DNA from: Hydrogenobaculum sp. 3684
GTDB taxonomy: Bacteria; Aquificota; Aquificia; Aquificales; Aquificaceae
NCBI RefSeq assembly: GCF_000213785.1
Contig: NC_015557.1
Location: 970,664-1,034,663 of the forward strand
Direction: 5' to 3'
DNA: 64,000 bases
Positions 40,619-50,044 of the stretch are shown here, piece by piece. The position numbers and the translations under genes were made by a program. Position 1 is the first letter of the stretch; every line of letters begins with the position of its first letter. The notes beneath the pieces are model-generated. The model was given only the letters and a program-made list of their open reading frames with translations, searched no databases and was not told the origin of the DNA.

Positions 40619-41343
40619 AACAACACCTCCATCAAGCTGTAAAAACCTACAACGGTTAACACTGAAAAAACCAAGCTAAACACAAAAACATAGCCTTGTC
40701 CTATATCTTTGTAGTTTACCAATGGGTTTGGTTTACCAAACAAAGAGCTATTTATTATCCTAAAAGCCATAAAAAAGTTTGCAAAGAATAACCAAACTAC
40801 TATCAAATACCCATCAAGATGTAAGCTTGATTTTAATATATTTGAAGTAATTATCAAAGCGTTTGCAAAAGGAGGATAAAGCCCAAGGTTCATAAGAGAA
40901 AGTCTTAAGAATAAAGCAAGTTTTGGAGCTTTTAGTACGATACCGGTAATAGCGTCTATGTTGGCGCTGCCAAAGGTTTTATCCATATAATAGCCTACAA
41001 GGTAAAGAGAGAATGCGCTGAAAACAAGAGAACCAAAGTAAAGTTCAAACATCCATTTATCTTTAAAGATAAAAAGCGCCACAACGTTTACAAATACAAA
41101 GTAGTAACTAAGTTTTATAAGGTTTGAAGTTCTATAGGACAATAAAAACGTAAGCGCTGATGTTATAAATGCCATAAGCTCAAGAGCTTTGTAGATGGCG
41201 CTTGTAGCCGTTGGGTCATCGAAGTGGTAGATAAAAAGCCCCATAAGCGGCAGCCCTAAAAACAACATGCTGTAGGTCTTGAAGTTTTTGCCAAAAAGAT
41301 AGTAGGGTAAAATACCCATCATAGTCAATGCTAAGTAGTACAT
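40615..41343 (-). CDS. membrane protein co-transcribed between dabB and dabA; weakly resembles the C-terminal helices of a NuoN/MnhD-like antiporter
   Basis: Own AGGAGG RBS at the dabB stop. 4-nt overlap with the dabA start. About 7 TM helices. GLYPPFANAL resembles the GxPPxxGF motif of NuoN/NuoM C-termini. Confidence 0.5.
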   Translation of the reverse strand: MYYLALTMMGILPYYLFGKNFKTYSMLFLGLPLMGLFIYHFDDPTATSAIYKALELMAFITSALTFLLSYRTSNLIKLSYYFVFVNVVALFIFKDKWMFELYFGSLVFSAFSLYLVGYYMDKTFGSANIDAITGIVLKAPKLALFLRLSLMNLGLYPPFANALIITSNILKSSLHLDGYLIVVWLFFANFFMAFRIINSSLFGKPNPLVNYKDIGQGYVFVFSLVFSVLTVVGFYSLMEVLL

Positions 41344-41353
41344 AAATACCTCC

Positions 41354-42943
41354 TTATAAAAGCTTAAAATACCTTATTAAAATATCTGGTAAGAAAAATC
41401 CTCTGGAGAAGATTTTATAAAAAGTCCATTTTAGCTTTTCATACCTTGTGCCAGAAGCATCTTTGTAAGATTGATAGTATATGATAGCCCAACCAAAAAC
41501 TATAACACCTATAAGTAAAGCAAGTAATATAAGAAGGTAAGGTATAGATAGATTAGCAGCTTTGTAAAACTCTACGTATTTGGGCCCATAGAGGTATTCT
41601 TCAAATGTAGTACCCATAAACTCGTAGGTTAAAACTATAAATACAAAAGATACTATAAGACCTAAGATAGTTTTTAAAGATGTATTTTTAGAAACCTTAA
41701 AAAACGATAGGAAAAGCTGGGCACTGGTGAGCCAACCAAAAGCTAAGAATATAATACCAGCTTGGAATTGAAATTGAACTCTATTTATCAAAAACTCTAT
41801 AAGTGTAAAAAGCACTATAGGTATTATGGTAAATATAGCTACAATCTCACCTATGGTTTTTCTGTTTTCCTCAGTTTCTTCTGAGAAAAGCTTGTAAGAG
41901 AGATTTTTTGGTATGTTTGGATCTTTTCTGGCAAGGTGTATGACGTTACCAGACTCTAAAAACAAAGAAGCTTTAAATATACCATGTACTATGAGGTGAT
42001 AGATTGCTACGCTAAAAGCTCCTATACCAACTTCCATTATCATATATCCCATTTGTCCTACTGTAGAATAACCCAAAGAGCGTTTTATATCTGGTTTAGA
42101 GAGCATCACCACAGAAGCGGCTATAGCGGTTAATATGCCAAAGAAAAACGCGGTATTCAAAGCAATTGAGGAAGATAGATAAAGGTAAGCTATTTTGTTC
42201 AAGAGTATACCACCAGCGTTTACTATACCAGCATGCATTAGGGCTGAAACTGGAGTTGGAGCTTCCGATGTGTAAGGAAGCCAAAAGTAAAAAGGTATAA
42301 TAGCTGATTTTGCCATTGCAGAAGCCACAAACAAGAGGGCTATTGCATTTACAACAGTGCTATGCTCTATGTTGGTTTGCCATATGTGATATAGCGTTTG
42401 AAGGTTTAGCGTATGATAGACTTTGTATGTTAGTATCGTCCCTAACAAGAAAAAGAAATCTCCTATTCTATGCACCGTGATAGCCCAAGAGCCAAACCTT
42501 ACTGCATCTTTTGACTCCACCCTAAAAGATATCAAGAAGTAAAGGCTAAGGCTTAGTATTTGCCAAGCTATAAACATTACAATGAGGTTGTTTGCCATTA
42601 TCATAAAGTATATGGAGCTAAAAATAAAGTTTAGTATTATAAAAAACCTCTTATAACCTTTTTCGTCCCACATGTAGTTTGAAGCGTACTTTCTTATAAC
42701 AAGCCCTATGATGGCCACATAAGGCACCAGTATAGAGGCCAAATGATCAAACACCAAGGTGTTGTAAAACCCTATTATCACCTTGTGAAACATAAACTCA
42801 TAAGCGGTACCTATAAGGCTTATAATGGCTATAAGCCCTGAAAAGAACATACTGATTCTTGGTATCGCCCTCTTATCATCCACAAAGGATATCAAAGCGG
42901 CAATAACAAGCGGAATAAATGGTATGGATACCACTATTTCCAT
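41354..42943 (-). CDS. dabB: DabB (NuoL/MnhA-like proton-conducting membrane transporter)
   Basis: 529 aa with NuoL-family motifs (GYSTVGQMGYM, HGIFKASLFL). Paired with the DUF2309 gene. Confidence 0.75.
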   Translation of the reverse strand: MEIVVSIPFIPLVIAALISFVDDKRAIPRISMFFSGLIAIISLIGTAYEFMFHKVIIGFYNTLVFDHLASILVPYVAIIGLVIRKYASNYMWDEKGYKRFFIILNFIFSSIYFMIMANNLIVMFIAWQILSLSLYFLISFRVESKDAVRFGSWAITVHRIGDFFFLLGTILTYKVYHTLNLQTLYHIWQTNIEHSTVVNAIALLFVASAMAKSAIIPFYFWLPYTSEAPTPVSALMHAGIVNAGGILLNKIAYLYLSSSIALNTAFFFGILTAIAASVVMLSKPDIKRSLGYSTVGQMGYMIMEVGIGAFSVAIYHLIVHGIFKASLFLESGNVIHLARKDPNIPKNLSYKLFSEETEENRKTIGEIVAIFTIIPIVLFTLIEFLINRVQFQFQAGIIFLAFGWLTSAQLFLSFFKVSKNTSLKTILGLIVSFVFIVLTYEFMGTTFEEYLYGPKYVEFYKAANLSIPYLLILLALLIGVIVFGWAIIYYQSYKDASGTRYEKLKWTFYKIFSRGFFLPDILIRYFKLL

Positions 42944-43285
42944 AGACTTTACCTCCTTTTTGGTTTGTAAAAATCTATACTTATAAGATCTTTTGTCAAT
43001 AGTTTAAATATGATTTGACACATTGTCATAACCTCTTTTTGCCTTTAAAATTAAGCAGCCCGCTTTTGATATAAAACATTTTTTATGATATATATCGTGT
43101 TATAATTGTAAAATCAAAAAACTTATTTTACAAAATATTTAACCTTTTTAAGTTAAACTGCCTTTGAATTAAATAAATTAACATCAAAAATAAAAACCAA
43201 AATGCGGAAAATTAAAAATATTTTTAAACAAAAGTTTTTATTACAAAATCAGCAAGAGATTTATGCTTTAAAACGCTTTGTATTT

Positions 43286-43987
43286 TTATGAATGTGTTTT
43301 TATACGCTCTAAGATTTTAAGATAGCCCTCTTTTAGATCCCCAAGGTCAAACCTAAACCTATCTTTGTCTAATTTTTCGCCGGTTTTTTTGTCCCAAAGT
43401 CTGCAGCTATCTGGAGATATTTCATCTATTAATATTATCTCGCCGTCTTTTGTTTTACCAAATTCAAGTTTGAAATCTACAAGTATTATATCAAGCTGAT
43501 CAAAGAACTCTTTTAAAACATCATTTACCTTCAAAGCGGTTTGTTTCATAAATGTTATGTCTTCTTCGGTGGCAAGATTGAGAAGTTTAACGTGTTCTAT
43601 ACATATAAGAGGGTCGTGAAGCTCATCGGATTTGTAAAAAAGTTCTACCAGCGGCGGGTTTAAAGATGTACCTTCTTTTATGCCAAGTCTTTTGGTTAGG
43701 CTTCCAGCAGCTATGTTTCTTACCACCACTTCTACATCTATGCGGGTTGCTTTTAAAACAACCATAGAGTTTTCAGATAGTTTTTTTATAAAATGTGTTT
43801 TTATATTTCTGGCTTTTAAAAGCTCAAAAATAAAAGATGTTATTTCTAAATTTATATGTCCTTTACCAGATATGTTGTCTTTTTTTATGGCGTCAAAAGC
43901 GGTAACATCATCTTTAAATGTTATTATGTAAGTGTCTTGGTCGTTTTCATAGACTATTTTAGCCTTGCCTTCATAGAGTTTGTTCAT
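43286..43987 (-). CDS. purC: phosphoribosylaminoimidazole-succinocarboxamide synthase
   Basis: YEGKAKIVY N-terminal SAICAR synthetase signature; 233 aa. Confidence 0.9.
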   Translation of the reverse strand: MNKLYEGKAKIVYENDQDTYIITFKDDVTAFDAIKKDNISGKGHINLEITSFIFELLKARNIKTHFIKKLSENSMVVLKATRIDVEVVVRNIAAGSLTKRLGIKEGTSLNPPLVELFYKSDELHDPLICIEHVKLLNLATEEDITFMKQTALKVNDVLKEFFDQLDIILVDFKLEFGKTKDGEIILIDEISPDSCRLWDKKTGEKLDKDRFRFDLGDLKEGYLKILERIKTHS

Positions 43988-44565
43988 GATTCTAACATCG
44001 ATATTCTAAGAGAGGCTACGTTTGCATAATAGCTTTTTGGAAACGCTTTTATTATATCGTTGTAAACTGTTATAGCTTTTACTTTGTCGTTTAACTTTTC
44101 ATAAGCTTCGGCTTCCAATAGTAAGGCAGAAGCTTTGTTGAAAGCGTTGTTTGGGATGGTGTTTAGTATGCTTACGGCTTGTTGGTATTTACCTTCTTTG
44201 TATAGCCCATAAGCTGCCCTTTCTTCGTATAAGAATTTAGCAGGCAATGTTTTTGCTTTAGATGAAATATCTTGAGACAAAGCAACGTCGTTCACAGGCA
44301 AGTTTGCCAACGTGGATATACCTATTTCATAAGACATCGCCAAAAGCGCCATAGGACTTTTCTTATAATGGGTTGCCACAAACTGGGCTTGGTTTAGGGC
44401 TCCTTGATAGTTTTTTTGTTGCAAAAGCTCATCTACTTTTGATAGTTGATAGCTTGCAGCTTCGTTGTACTCTTTTTCATGGTTTTTAAGAAAATAAAAA
44501 CCTATGGCCACAAATATAGCTGTGATGCTAAGGGATAAAATAGTGTATATTTTATTTTTGCTCAT
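43984..44565 (-). CDS. membrane-anchored TPR-like repeat protein
   Basis: N-terminal TM helix plus TPR-like helical repeats (YxxAxxxY patterns). Confidence 0.45.
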   Translation of the reverse strand: MSKNKIYTILSLSITAIFVAIGFYFLKNHEKEYNEAASYQLSKVDELLQQKNYQGALNQAQFVATHYKKSPMALLAMSYEIGISTLANLPVNDVALSQDISSKAKTLPAKFLYEERAAYGLYKEGKYQQAVSILNTIPNNAFNKASALLLEAEAYEKLNDKVKAITVYNDIIKAFPKSYYANVASLRISMLES

Positions 44566-44833
44566 TGGATGCCAAAGCCTTGTTTAAAAGTTGTGTAACT
44601 CTCGATACTCTTCTGGCCGCTTCGTTTTTGTGTATAGAACCCTTAGCGGCTGCGTGCTGGATCATACTTACCACAAAAGGAAGTTTGGCTTTGGCGGTTT
44701 CCAAATCTTTGGCTTGTATGAGTTTCTTAAAATTTCTTATGGCAGTTTTCATCCTTGATACATGCAACGCATTTATCTCTCTTCTTCTTTCATCTCTTCT
44801 AGCTCTTTTAGCAGCCTGTCTTTTGTTGGGCAT
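44552..44833 (-). CDS. rpsT: 30S ribosomal protein S20
   Basis: MPNKRQAAKRARRDERRRE...AAKGSIHKNEAARRVSRV matches S20 throughout. Confidence 0.85.
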   Translation of the reverse strand: MPNKRQAAKRARRDERRREINALHVSRMKTAIRNFKKLIQAKDLETAKAKLPFVVSMIQHAAAKGSIHKNEAARRVSRVTQLLNKALASNEQK

Positions 44834-44886
44834 CTAAAACCTCCTTTAAAAATTAATATTATATTATAACAAACAATTTATACAAA

Positions 44887-44933
44887 TGCACAAGTTCAAT
44901 AAGTCGTAGACATATAAACCGTGGTAGACTTAT
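44887..44933. repeat. Direct repeat A1 (TGCACAAGTTCAATA...CCGTGGTAGACTT); partner at 48779-48823
   Basis: About 85% identity by eye to the left end of A2. It lies between the rpsT start and the helicase-nuclease gene stop. Confidence 0.55.
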
Positions 44934-44942
44934 AGAGCTTAG

Positions 44943-47900
44943 TTAAGTGGTTAAGTTTTCTACTAGTTCCTTTTTAATTCTTTCTAACTCTTCTCTCATA
45001 ATAGGATTGCTTGAATCTAACCATCCGTTAATATACCACCTATAATATGGTGTATGAATTACTTTCCACCCAGCTCTTTTTAACCTTTCTGCTCTTTCTA
45101 TGTGCCAATCAGCATAATTAATACTTTGTAAACCAGATTGTTCATAGTGATAAGGTCCATCAGCTTCCAATGCAATAAATTTTTTGTTTTTTCTATTATG
45201 CAATACAAAATCCAATCTATAACCACAAGTTTCATATTGATTGTATATTCTTATATCTGAGTGGTAATTTTTATTTATCTCGTTTACTATATCTTTTAAA
45301 TAATTATAAACAAATTCCTCTAATTCTGATTCAAATTTAGATTTATCTAGGTGAGCATTTTCTGTATCTATATTTTTTCTATCTACATTCTCTATACTTT
45401 CAAAGTGTACTATGTATTCCTTAGTCAAATGGAAGTTTTCAGGAATTCCACCATAAACTAAAAACGTAAAATATTTTGCTCTACTTGTAGCAACATTAAA
45501 TCTATTTTTATTTTCATAATGGTTTTTACTTCTTGTGCATGTCTCATCTAAAGCAAGTGATATAATCATTACATCTTTCTCATGACCCTGAAACTCTTCT
45601 GGTGTTCCTATAAGTATATCTTCATAGCCATATTCATAACTTCTAATCTTCAACCTCACCACTTGATCCCTTGTAAATGATAATACCCCTATTGAAAAAT
45701 TTTCTGGAACATAATCTGGTAAAACAACGTCCTCATATCTTCTATTTCTTTTTAGACTTTCAATAATTTTAAAAACTTCATCTATTTCTTCTTCAACAAC
45801 ATTAAATTTTAAATGCCTTTTACCGTTAACTTTGATACTTTTAAATGCTTTATCTTCTAAATTGGGATTTTTTGTCATAATATAAATCTTATTTTCATAA
45901 AATTTCTTTGAAGTAAAGCTTGCCGAAGGATAAACTGACCTAAAATGTTCGTTTAACATACTTTGAGCTTCTGCACTTATGTAGTTAAAAGATTCTCTGT
46001 TCGAATCTTTATCAGAATCATCTGAAACTAAAAAATCTAAAATAGAAGATTTTGTTAATATTAAATCTCTTCTTTTTGCTTGTTCATAATCTATCTTATT
46101 TGGTTTAAATTTTTCCCATGTATACCTATCAAGTTTTCCACCAATAGAAAATCCTAAACCTGTAGCCTCAAGGCTTAGCTGTTTATGGTCTCCAACTACA
46201 CAAATATGCTTACCTCTATAAAATACCGGAATTATTTGAGCTAAATTTACCTGAGAGGATTCATCAACTACAACGATATCAAATAAGTTTGGCTTCATAG
46301 GTAGTATTCTGTCTACGTTTGGAATATCTACAATCCAAATATTAAAAATTTCCAAAATATTTTCATAATTAACTTTTTCTTGTACATTCTTTAATAAACG
46401 ATCTTTTACCCAATGAAAAACATTCTTAAATTTGGCTAAATTATTTTTATATTTTTGTGCATTTTCATAAATCTTAAGTAATAGCTTTAAATTTACTAAC
46501 TCTTTTGAAACTTGCATTAATTGGCTTTTTATATGGTTTATCCGATTGACTAAATTCTGTATATCTCCAAATGATAAAATCTTACTTTTTGTATCTTGAA
46601 TTTTATTATAATCATAAATTATTTTTATCAGAGAATCTAAGAATAAAGATTGGCTAATATTTAAAAATTTCTTAAGCTCAAGCTCTTTGTGATAGTTTTT
46701 TAAAAATCTATAAAGAAATACTTTTCTTAACTGCAAAAGTCTTGTATTTCCATATCCTTCTAATACTTTAAAAGTATTTTTATGAAGATTTAGCTCTTCA
46801 ATTTCTATGCATTTTAAGTGATTGAGGTAATTTTTGATATTAAAAAATCCTCCCTCAAAAAACTTGACTTCATCATTCAAATCTTTTCTTATAGAGTAAT
46901 ATTTATTTTCCAATGCAAGATATTTTTTATAATTTTTCTCTAATTCTTTTAACTCATTAATGTAATCTATTGCTCTTTCTTCCAAGTATCTTAATCTTTC
47001 TTTTAAATCGTCTTTTATATTTAATCTCTCAACAGCTCCTACATTTTCCTTCATTTTTCTTTTGTGCTCATCATAGTAATAAATAAACGGAATAATGTTA
47101 TTTTTTTCTAAAATTTCTGTTAACTTTTCAAACAGAACCTTAATAGCCGGTGGTTTTTGAGAAACGATTAGAATTTTTTTATCAAGTAAAATAGACAATA
47201 AAGCCAATGCAGTTATAGTATGGCTTTTACCAGTTCCCGGAGGTCCTTGTATATAAGAAATTTCGTAATTTATAGCATTCTCAAGAGCTTTTTTCTGACT
47301 TTCTGAAAGTTGCAAAGGAGTTAAATATTCATAGTCTTCAAGTTTAAAATTGTCAACTTTCTCTAAGTTAATCTTTTCTTCAAAGGCTGATACAAAAAGT
47401 TTTTTTAGTGTGCTGTTTTTAAAATCTCCTTCTTCATTTATTTCTTGAATTAACAATTCTAAAGATTTGTAAGTTGATAGTTCAGAAGGAAAGTTATTGA
47501 CAAAAAAATAATTTCTATCTAAATAAACGCTTTCTTTTTTATAGAATATCTCTTTTACATTTTTGTTTTCTATTGTAATGTCTTGTTCAATTTTAATGTT
47601 AAATGCTTCAGGAATTTTCAAAATAGCTTCTTTTGCAAGAGTCTTTAAACCAAGCAAATTATTTGTTTCTTCAAGTTTTTCTTCTAAGGTTTTTATAAAG
47701 TATACTGCTTGTTCTAATTGGATAGAGTTTTCGTTATCTTCTAAATTTTCAGATATGTTATTAAAAAGATCATAATTTATATATGAGTTTTCAAAATAAA
47801 TAGATATACTTTTACCTTCCTTATCTTCTTCTATATCTAAGTTAACTATAAAAATAGGTCCAAAGGCTTTATTGGTATAACTTCCATTCTCTTTTATTAC

Positions 47901-48206
47901 ATATTTTAATAATCCAATACCTAAAAATATTGCTTGATTTGAATTATTAATTTCTATAAGCTTTTGCCTTAAGTACCAATATAATTTTCCATCTACTTCT
48001 TTATTAGCTCTATAAATTTCTCCTATGTCAATTCTATAAATTTCTCCTATGTCTAAGTTTTTATCAAAGTAGAAAAAAGTATTTTCAAGATTTTTATTTC
48101 TTGGTTTAGATTTAACAAGATTTCCAAAATCAACTCCAACACCGATTTTTCTACTTAACTCTTTTAAATATCCAAGATAATCTAAGATATATTGTTTATC
48201 ATTCAT
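44943..48206 (-). CDS. SF1 (Upf1/DNA2-like) helicase fused to a C-terminal DUF559/Vsr-like PD-(D/E)xK endonuclease; N-terminal ~300 aa of unknown function
   Basis: Walker A GPPGTGKS, motif II VVVDESSQ, VVGDHKQL and NVATSRAK (motif VI). The C-terminus YRLDFVLHN...IALEADGPYHY...DWHIERAERLKRAGWKVIH fits the DUF559 pattern. Confidence 0.7.
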   Translation of the reverse strand: MNDKQYILDYLGYLKELSRKIGVGVDFGNLVKSKPRNKNLENTFFYFDKNLDIGEIYRIDIGEIYRANKEVDGKLYWYLRQKLIEINNSNQAIFLGIGLLKYVIKENGSYTNKAFGPIFIVNLDIEEDKEGKSISIYFENSYINYDLFNNISENLEDNENSIQLEQAVYFIKTLEEKLEETNNLLGLKTLAKEAILKIPEAFNIKIEQDITIENKNVKEIFYKKESVYLDRNYFFVNNFPSELSTYKSLELLIQEINEEGDFKNSTLKKLFVSAFEEKINLEKVDNFKLEDYEYLTPLQLSESQKKALENAINYEISYIQGPPGTGKSHTITALALLSILLDKKILIVSQKPPAIKVLFEKLTEILEKNNIIPFIYYYDEHKRKMKENVGAVERLNIKDDLKERLRYLEERAIDYINELKELEKNYKKYLALENKYYSIRKDLNDEVKFFEGGFFNIKNYLNHLKCIEIEELNLHKNTFKVLEGYGNTRLLQLRKVFLYRFLKNYHKELELKKFLNISQSLFLDSLIKIIYDYNKIQDTKSKILSFGDIQNLVNRINHIKSQLMQVSKELVNLKLLLKIYENAQKYKNNLAKFKNVFHWVKDRLLKNVQEKVNYENILEIFNIWIVDIPNVDRILPMKPNLFDIVVVDESSQVNLAQIIPVFYRGKHICVVGDHKQLSLEATGLGFSIGGKLDRYTWEKFKPNKIDYEQAKRRDLILTKSSILDFLVSDDSDKDSNRESFNYISAEAQSMLNEHFRSVYPSASFTSKKFYENKIYIMTKNPNLEDKAFKSIKVNGKRHLKFNVVEEEIDEVFKIIESLKRNRRYEDVVLPDYVPENFSIGVLSFTRDQVVRLKIRSYEYGYEDILIGTPEEFQGHEKDVMIISLALDETCTRSKNHYENKNRFNVATSRAKYFTFLVYGGIPENFHLTKEYIVHFESIENVDRKNIDTENAHLDKSKFESELEEFVYNYLKDIVNEINKNYHSDIRIYNQYETCGYRLDFVLHNRKNKKFIALEADGPYHYEQSGLQSINYADWHIERAERLKRAGWKVIHTPYYRWYINGWLDSSNPIMREELERIKKELVENLTT
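48009..48053. repeat. 24-bp tandem duplication (tctataaatttctcctatgtc) inside the helicase-nuclease CDS
   Basis: Read directly. It encodes IGEIYRID/IGEIYRAN. Confidence 0.85.
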
Positions 48207-48604
48207 CTTAAATCTTCCTCTGTTAATGGCTCTTTAAGAAGTTTTATAATATGCTCAATTTTTTCCTCAAGTTCTTTGATTTCATTTTCATGTCGCTCTA
48301 TCTTTTTATCTAGATCTAAAAACGCTTGGTTCATTGCGGTTTGAATCATATTGTTGTGTTCTTTGATTTCATTTTCATGTCGCTCTATCTTTTTATCTAG
48401 ATCTAAAAACGCTTGGTTCATTGCGGTTTGAATCATATTGTTGTGATTTGATACCTCTTTGTGATGATTTGACATCTCTTCTAGTATTAAACTTTTGTCT
48501 TTCTCAAGTTTCAAGTAAGTAGTAATATTTAAAGCAATTGAAATTAATAATAAAATCAAGATAACAATTAATATTATTTCAGTAGGCATATTCACCTCCT
48601 TCAC
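48203..48604 (-). CDS. membrane-anchored coiled-coil protein containing a perfect 29-aa duplication
   Basis: N-terminal TM helix; heptad-rich E/K sequence. Its start overlaps the stop of the helicase-nuclease gene by 4 nt. Confidence 0.5.
   Translation of the reverse strand: MKEVNMPTEIILIVILILLLISIALNITTYLKLEKDKSLILEEMSNHHKEVSNHNNMIQTAMNQAFLDLDKKIERHENEIKEHNNMIQTAMNQAFLDLDKKIERHENEIKELEEKIEHIIKLLKEPLTEEDLR
48274..48445. repeat. Perfect 87-bp tandem duplication within the coiled-coil gene
   Basis: Read directly: two identical 87-bp units (HNNMIQTAMNQAFLDLDKKIERHENEIKE x2). Confidence 0.9.
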
Positions 48605-48778
48605 ACCTTTAAAAATCTGATCTGCTTATTGTGAAAGTAAGAAATCAATTTCAAAGTCTCATAAGGTTTTCCCATAACTTCACTCCTTTTATTCCTATCT
48701 GTTTATTTCAACTACTTTTAAAACTTATAATTAATTTACTCTCCTATGACTTATTATATCATATTTATTTATAAAAAA

Positions 48779-48895
48779 TTGCACAAGTTCAATACATCGC
48801 AGACATAAGCCGTGGCAGACTTGTGGATTGTGGCAGACTTGTAGGGCGTGGTATACTTGTTTATCGTGGTATACTTGTGGATTGTGGCAGACTTG
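48779..48895. repeat. Direct repeat A2: a 32-bp segment shared with A1, followed by five 18-bp-phased iteron-like units (core GTGGYAKACTTGT at 48811, 48829, 48847, 48865, 48883)
   Basis: Read directly. It lies in the divergent gap between the coiled-coil gene and the Rpn gene. Confidence 0.65.
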
Positions 48896-49003
48896 TCGTG
48901 ATATTATTTTCTTTTAAGAAAACACTTATCTCAAATATGACAAACCTCTCTTTCTATGCTTTATATAGACTTATACAAAGAGTGATATAATTTTACTTAA
49001 GTT

Positions 49004-49987
49004 ATGGATCAAGAGAATAAACATCCTCAGAAGATAGATATCACAATAAGAGATATAATTCCATCTTTTTCAGAAAGCGCATTTATAAGAATGATAACAG
49101 GTAAAAACTACAAACGTGTTTTGAACTCAGTGTTTCCAAGCACAAAAGAAAGAAGAGTAGATTTACTTTTAGAGCTTGAAGATAACTCAATACTACATAT
49201 AAAATTTCAAACAAGTAATGACAAAGACATGCTTTACAGAATGCTTGAGTATTATAGCCTTATAAAGTCGCATTTTAAAGACAGGTCTCTTTATCAAAAG
49301 CTTATTTATCTTGGTGAAGATGAATGCAATATGGAAAATTCTTTTGAAGATATTGGTATTTCTTACAAATACGAGATAATAGATATAAAGTATATTCAAT
49401 GCGATAGTCTAATAGAGTCTAACAATATAGCAGATATAACTTTTGCATTTCTATGCAATGTAAAAGATAGAGAAAAACTATTCAAAAAAGCTGTAGCTAA
49501 ATTAAAAGAGCTGCCAAGCAAAGAAAGGTCTGATTGGTTTAAGAAGATATTGACGCTTTTAAGCATAAGACCTAAATTAAGTAAAGAGATTATAGATTTT
49601 TACGAGGAGGCACCTATGCTTGAAATAAGCCTAACTATAGACGACATAAAAGAGTGGCCTGTGGTGGGAAAGCTTGTTAAGGAATTAGAACAAGAAGCCA
49701 TCTTAAAAGGAATGCTTGAAGGTGAGTTAAAAGGTAAATTAAAAGGAAAACTTGAAGGAAGGCTTGAAGGAAAGATTGAAGGAAAACTTGAAGGAAGGCT
49801 TGAAGAGAAATTAGAGGATATAAAACGTGTGATATTGACAAGATTTGGGATATTGCCAGAAGATATTGAAAATAGGCTATCTAAGATAGAGGACCTTCAA
49901 AAGCTAAATGTTATATTTGATAAATCTATTACTGCCAATAGCATTGATGAGATAGAAAAGCTGATATCTGAAACTACCAAGCGATAA
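49004..49987 (+). CDS. Rpn-family recombination-promoting nuclease / putative transposase (PD-(D/E)xK, YhgA/transposase_31-like)
   Basis: D...ELEDNSILHIKFQ (E-x-K) core. The C-terminal EGxLKG heptad repeats and the conserved tail FGILPEDIENRL are shared with the 52167-53114 paralog. Confidence 0.6.
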   Translation: MDQENKHPQKIDITIRDIIPSFSESAFIRMITGKNYKRVLNSVFPSTKERRVDLLLELEDNSILHIKFQTSNDKDMLYRMLEYYSLIKSHFKDRSLYQKLIYLGEDECNMENSFEDIGISYKYEIIDIKYIQCDSLIESNNIADITFAFLCNVKDREKLFKKAVAKLKELPSKERSDWFKKILTLLSIRPKLSKEIIDFYEEAPMLEISLTIDDIKEWPVVGKLVKELEQEAILKGMLEGELKGKLKGKLEGRLEGKIEGKLEGRLEEKLEDIKRVILTRFGILPEDIENRLSKIEDLQKLNVIFDKSITANSIDEIEKLISETTKR

Positions 49988-50044
49988 TACTTTAGTACAG
50001 GTTAAATACATCATAAACACATAAATCTTGCTATAATTGGGAGA

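Noticed and set aside
40615-41343. Whether the 242-aa membrane ORF is a frameshifted C-terminal piece of dabB
   Set aside because: dabB (529 aa) already contains the complete NuoL-like core and terminates cleanly. The 242-aa ORF has its own consensus RBS and ATG, so it is treated as a separate gene.
44565-44837. 90-aa plus-strand ORF
   Set aside because: Fully antisense to the well-supported rpsT (S20) gene. Low-complexity L/A-rich translation.
48811-48895. Whether the 18-bp-phased repeat array is a second, mini CRISPR array
   Set aside because: The units are contiguous with only 5-bp variable linkers (no spacers), and the cores vary (GTGGCAGA versus GTGGTATA). They behave like iterons or binding-site repeats, not CRISPR repeats.
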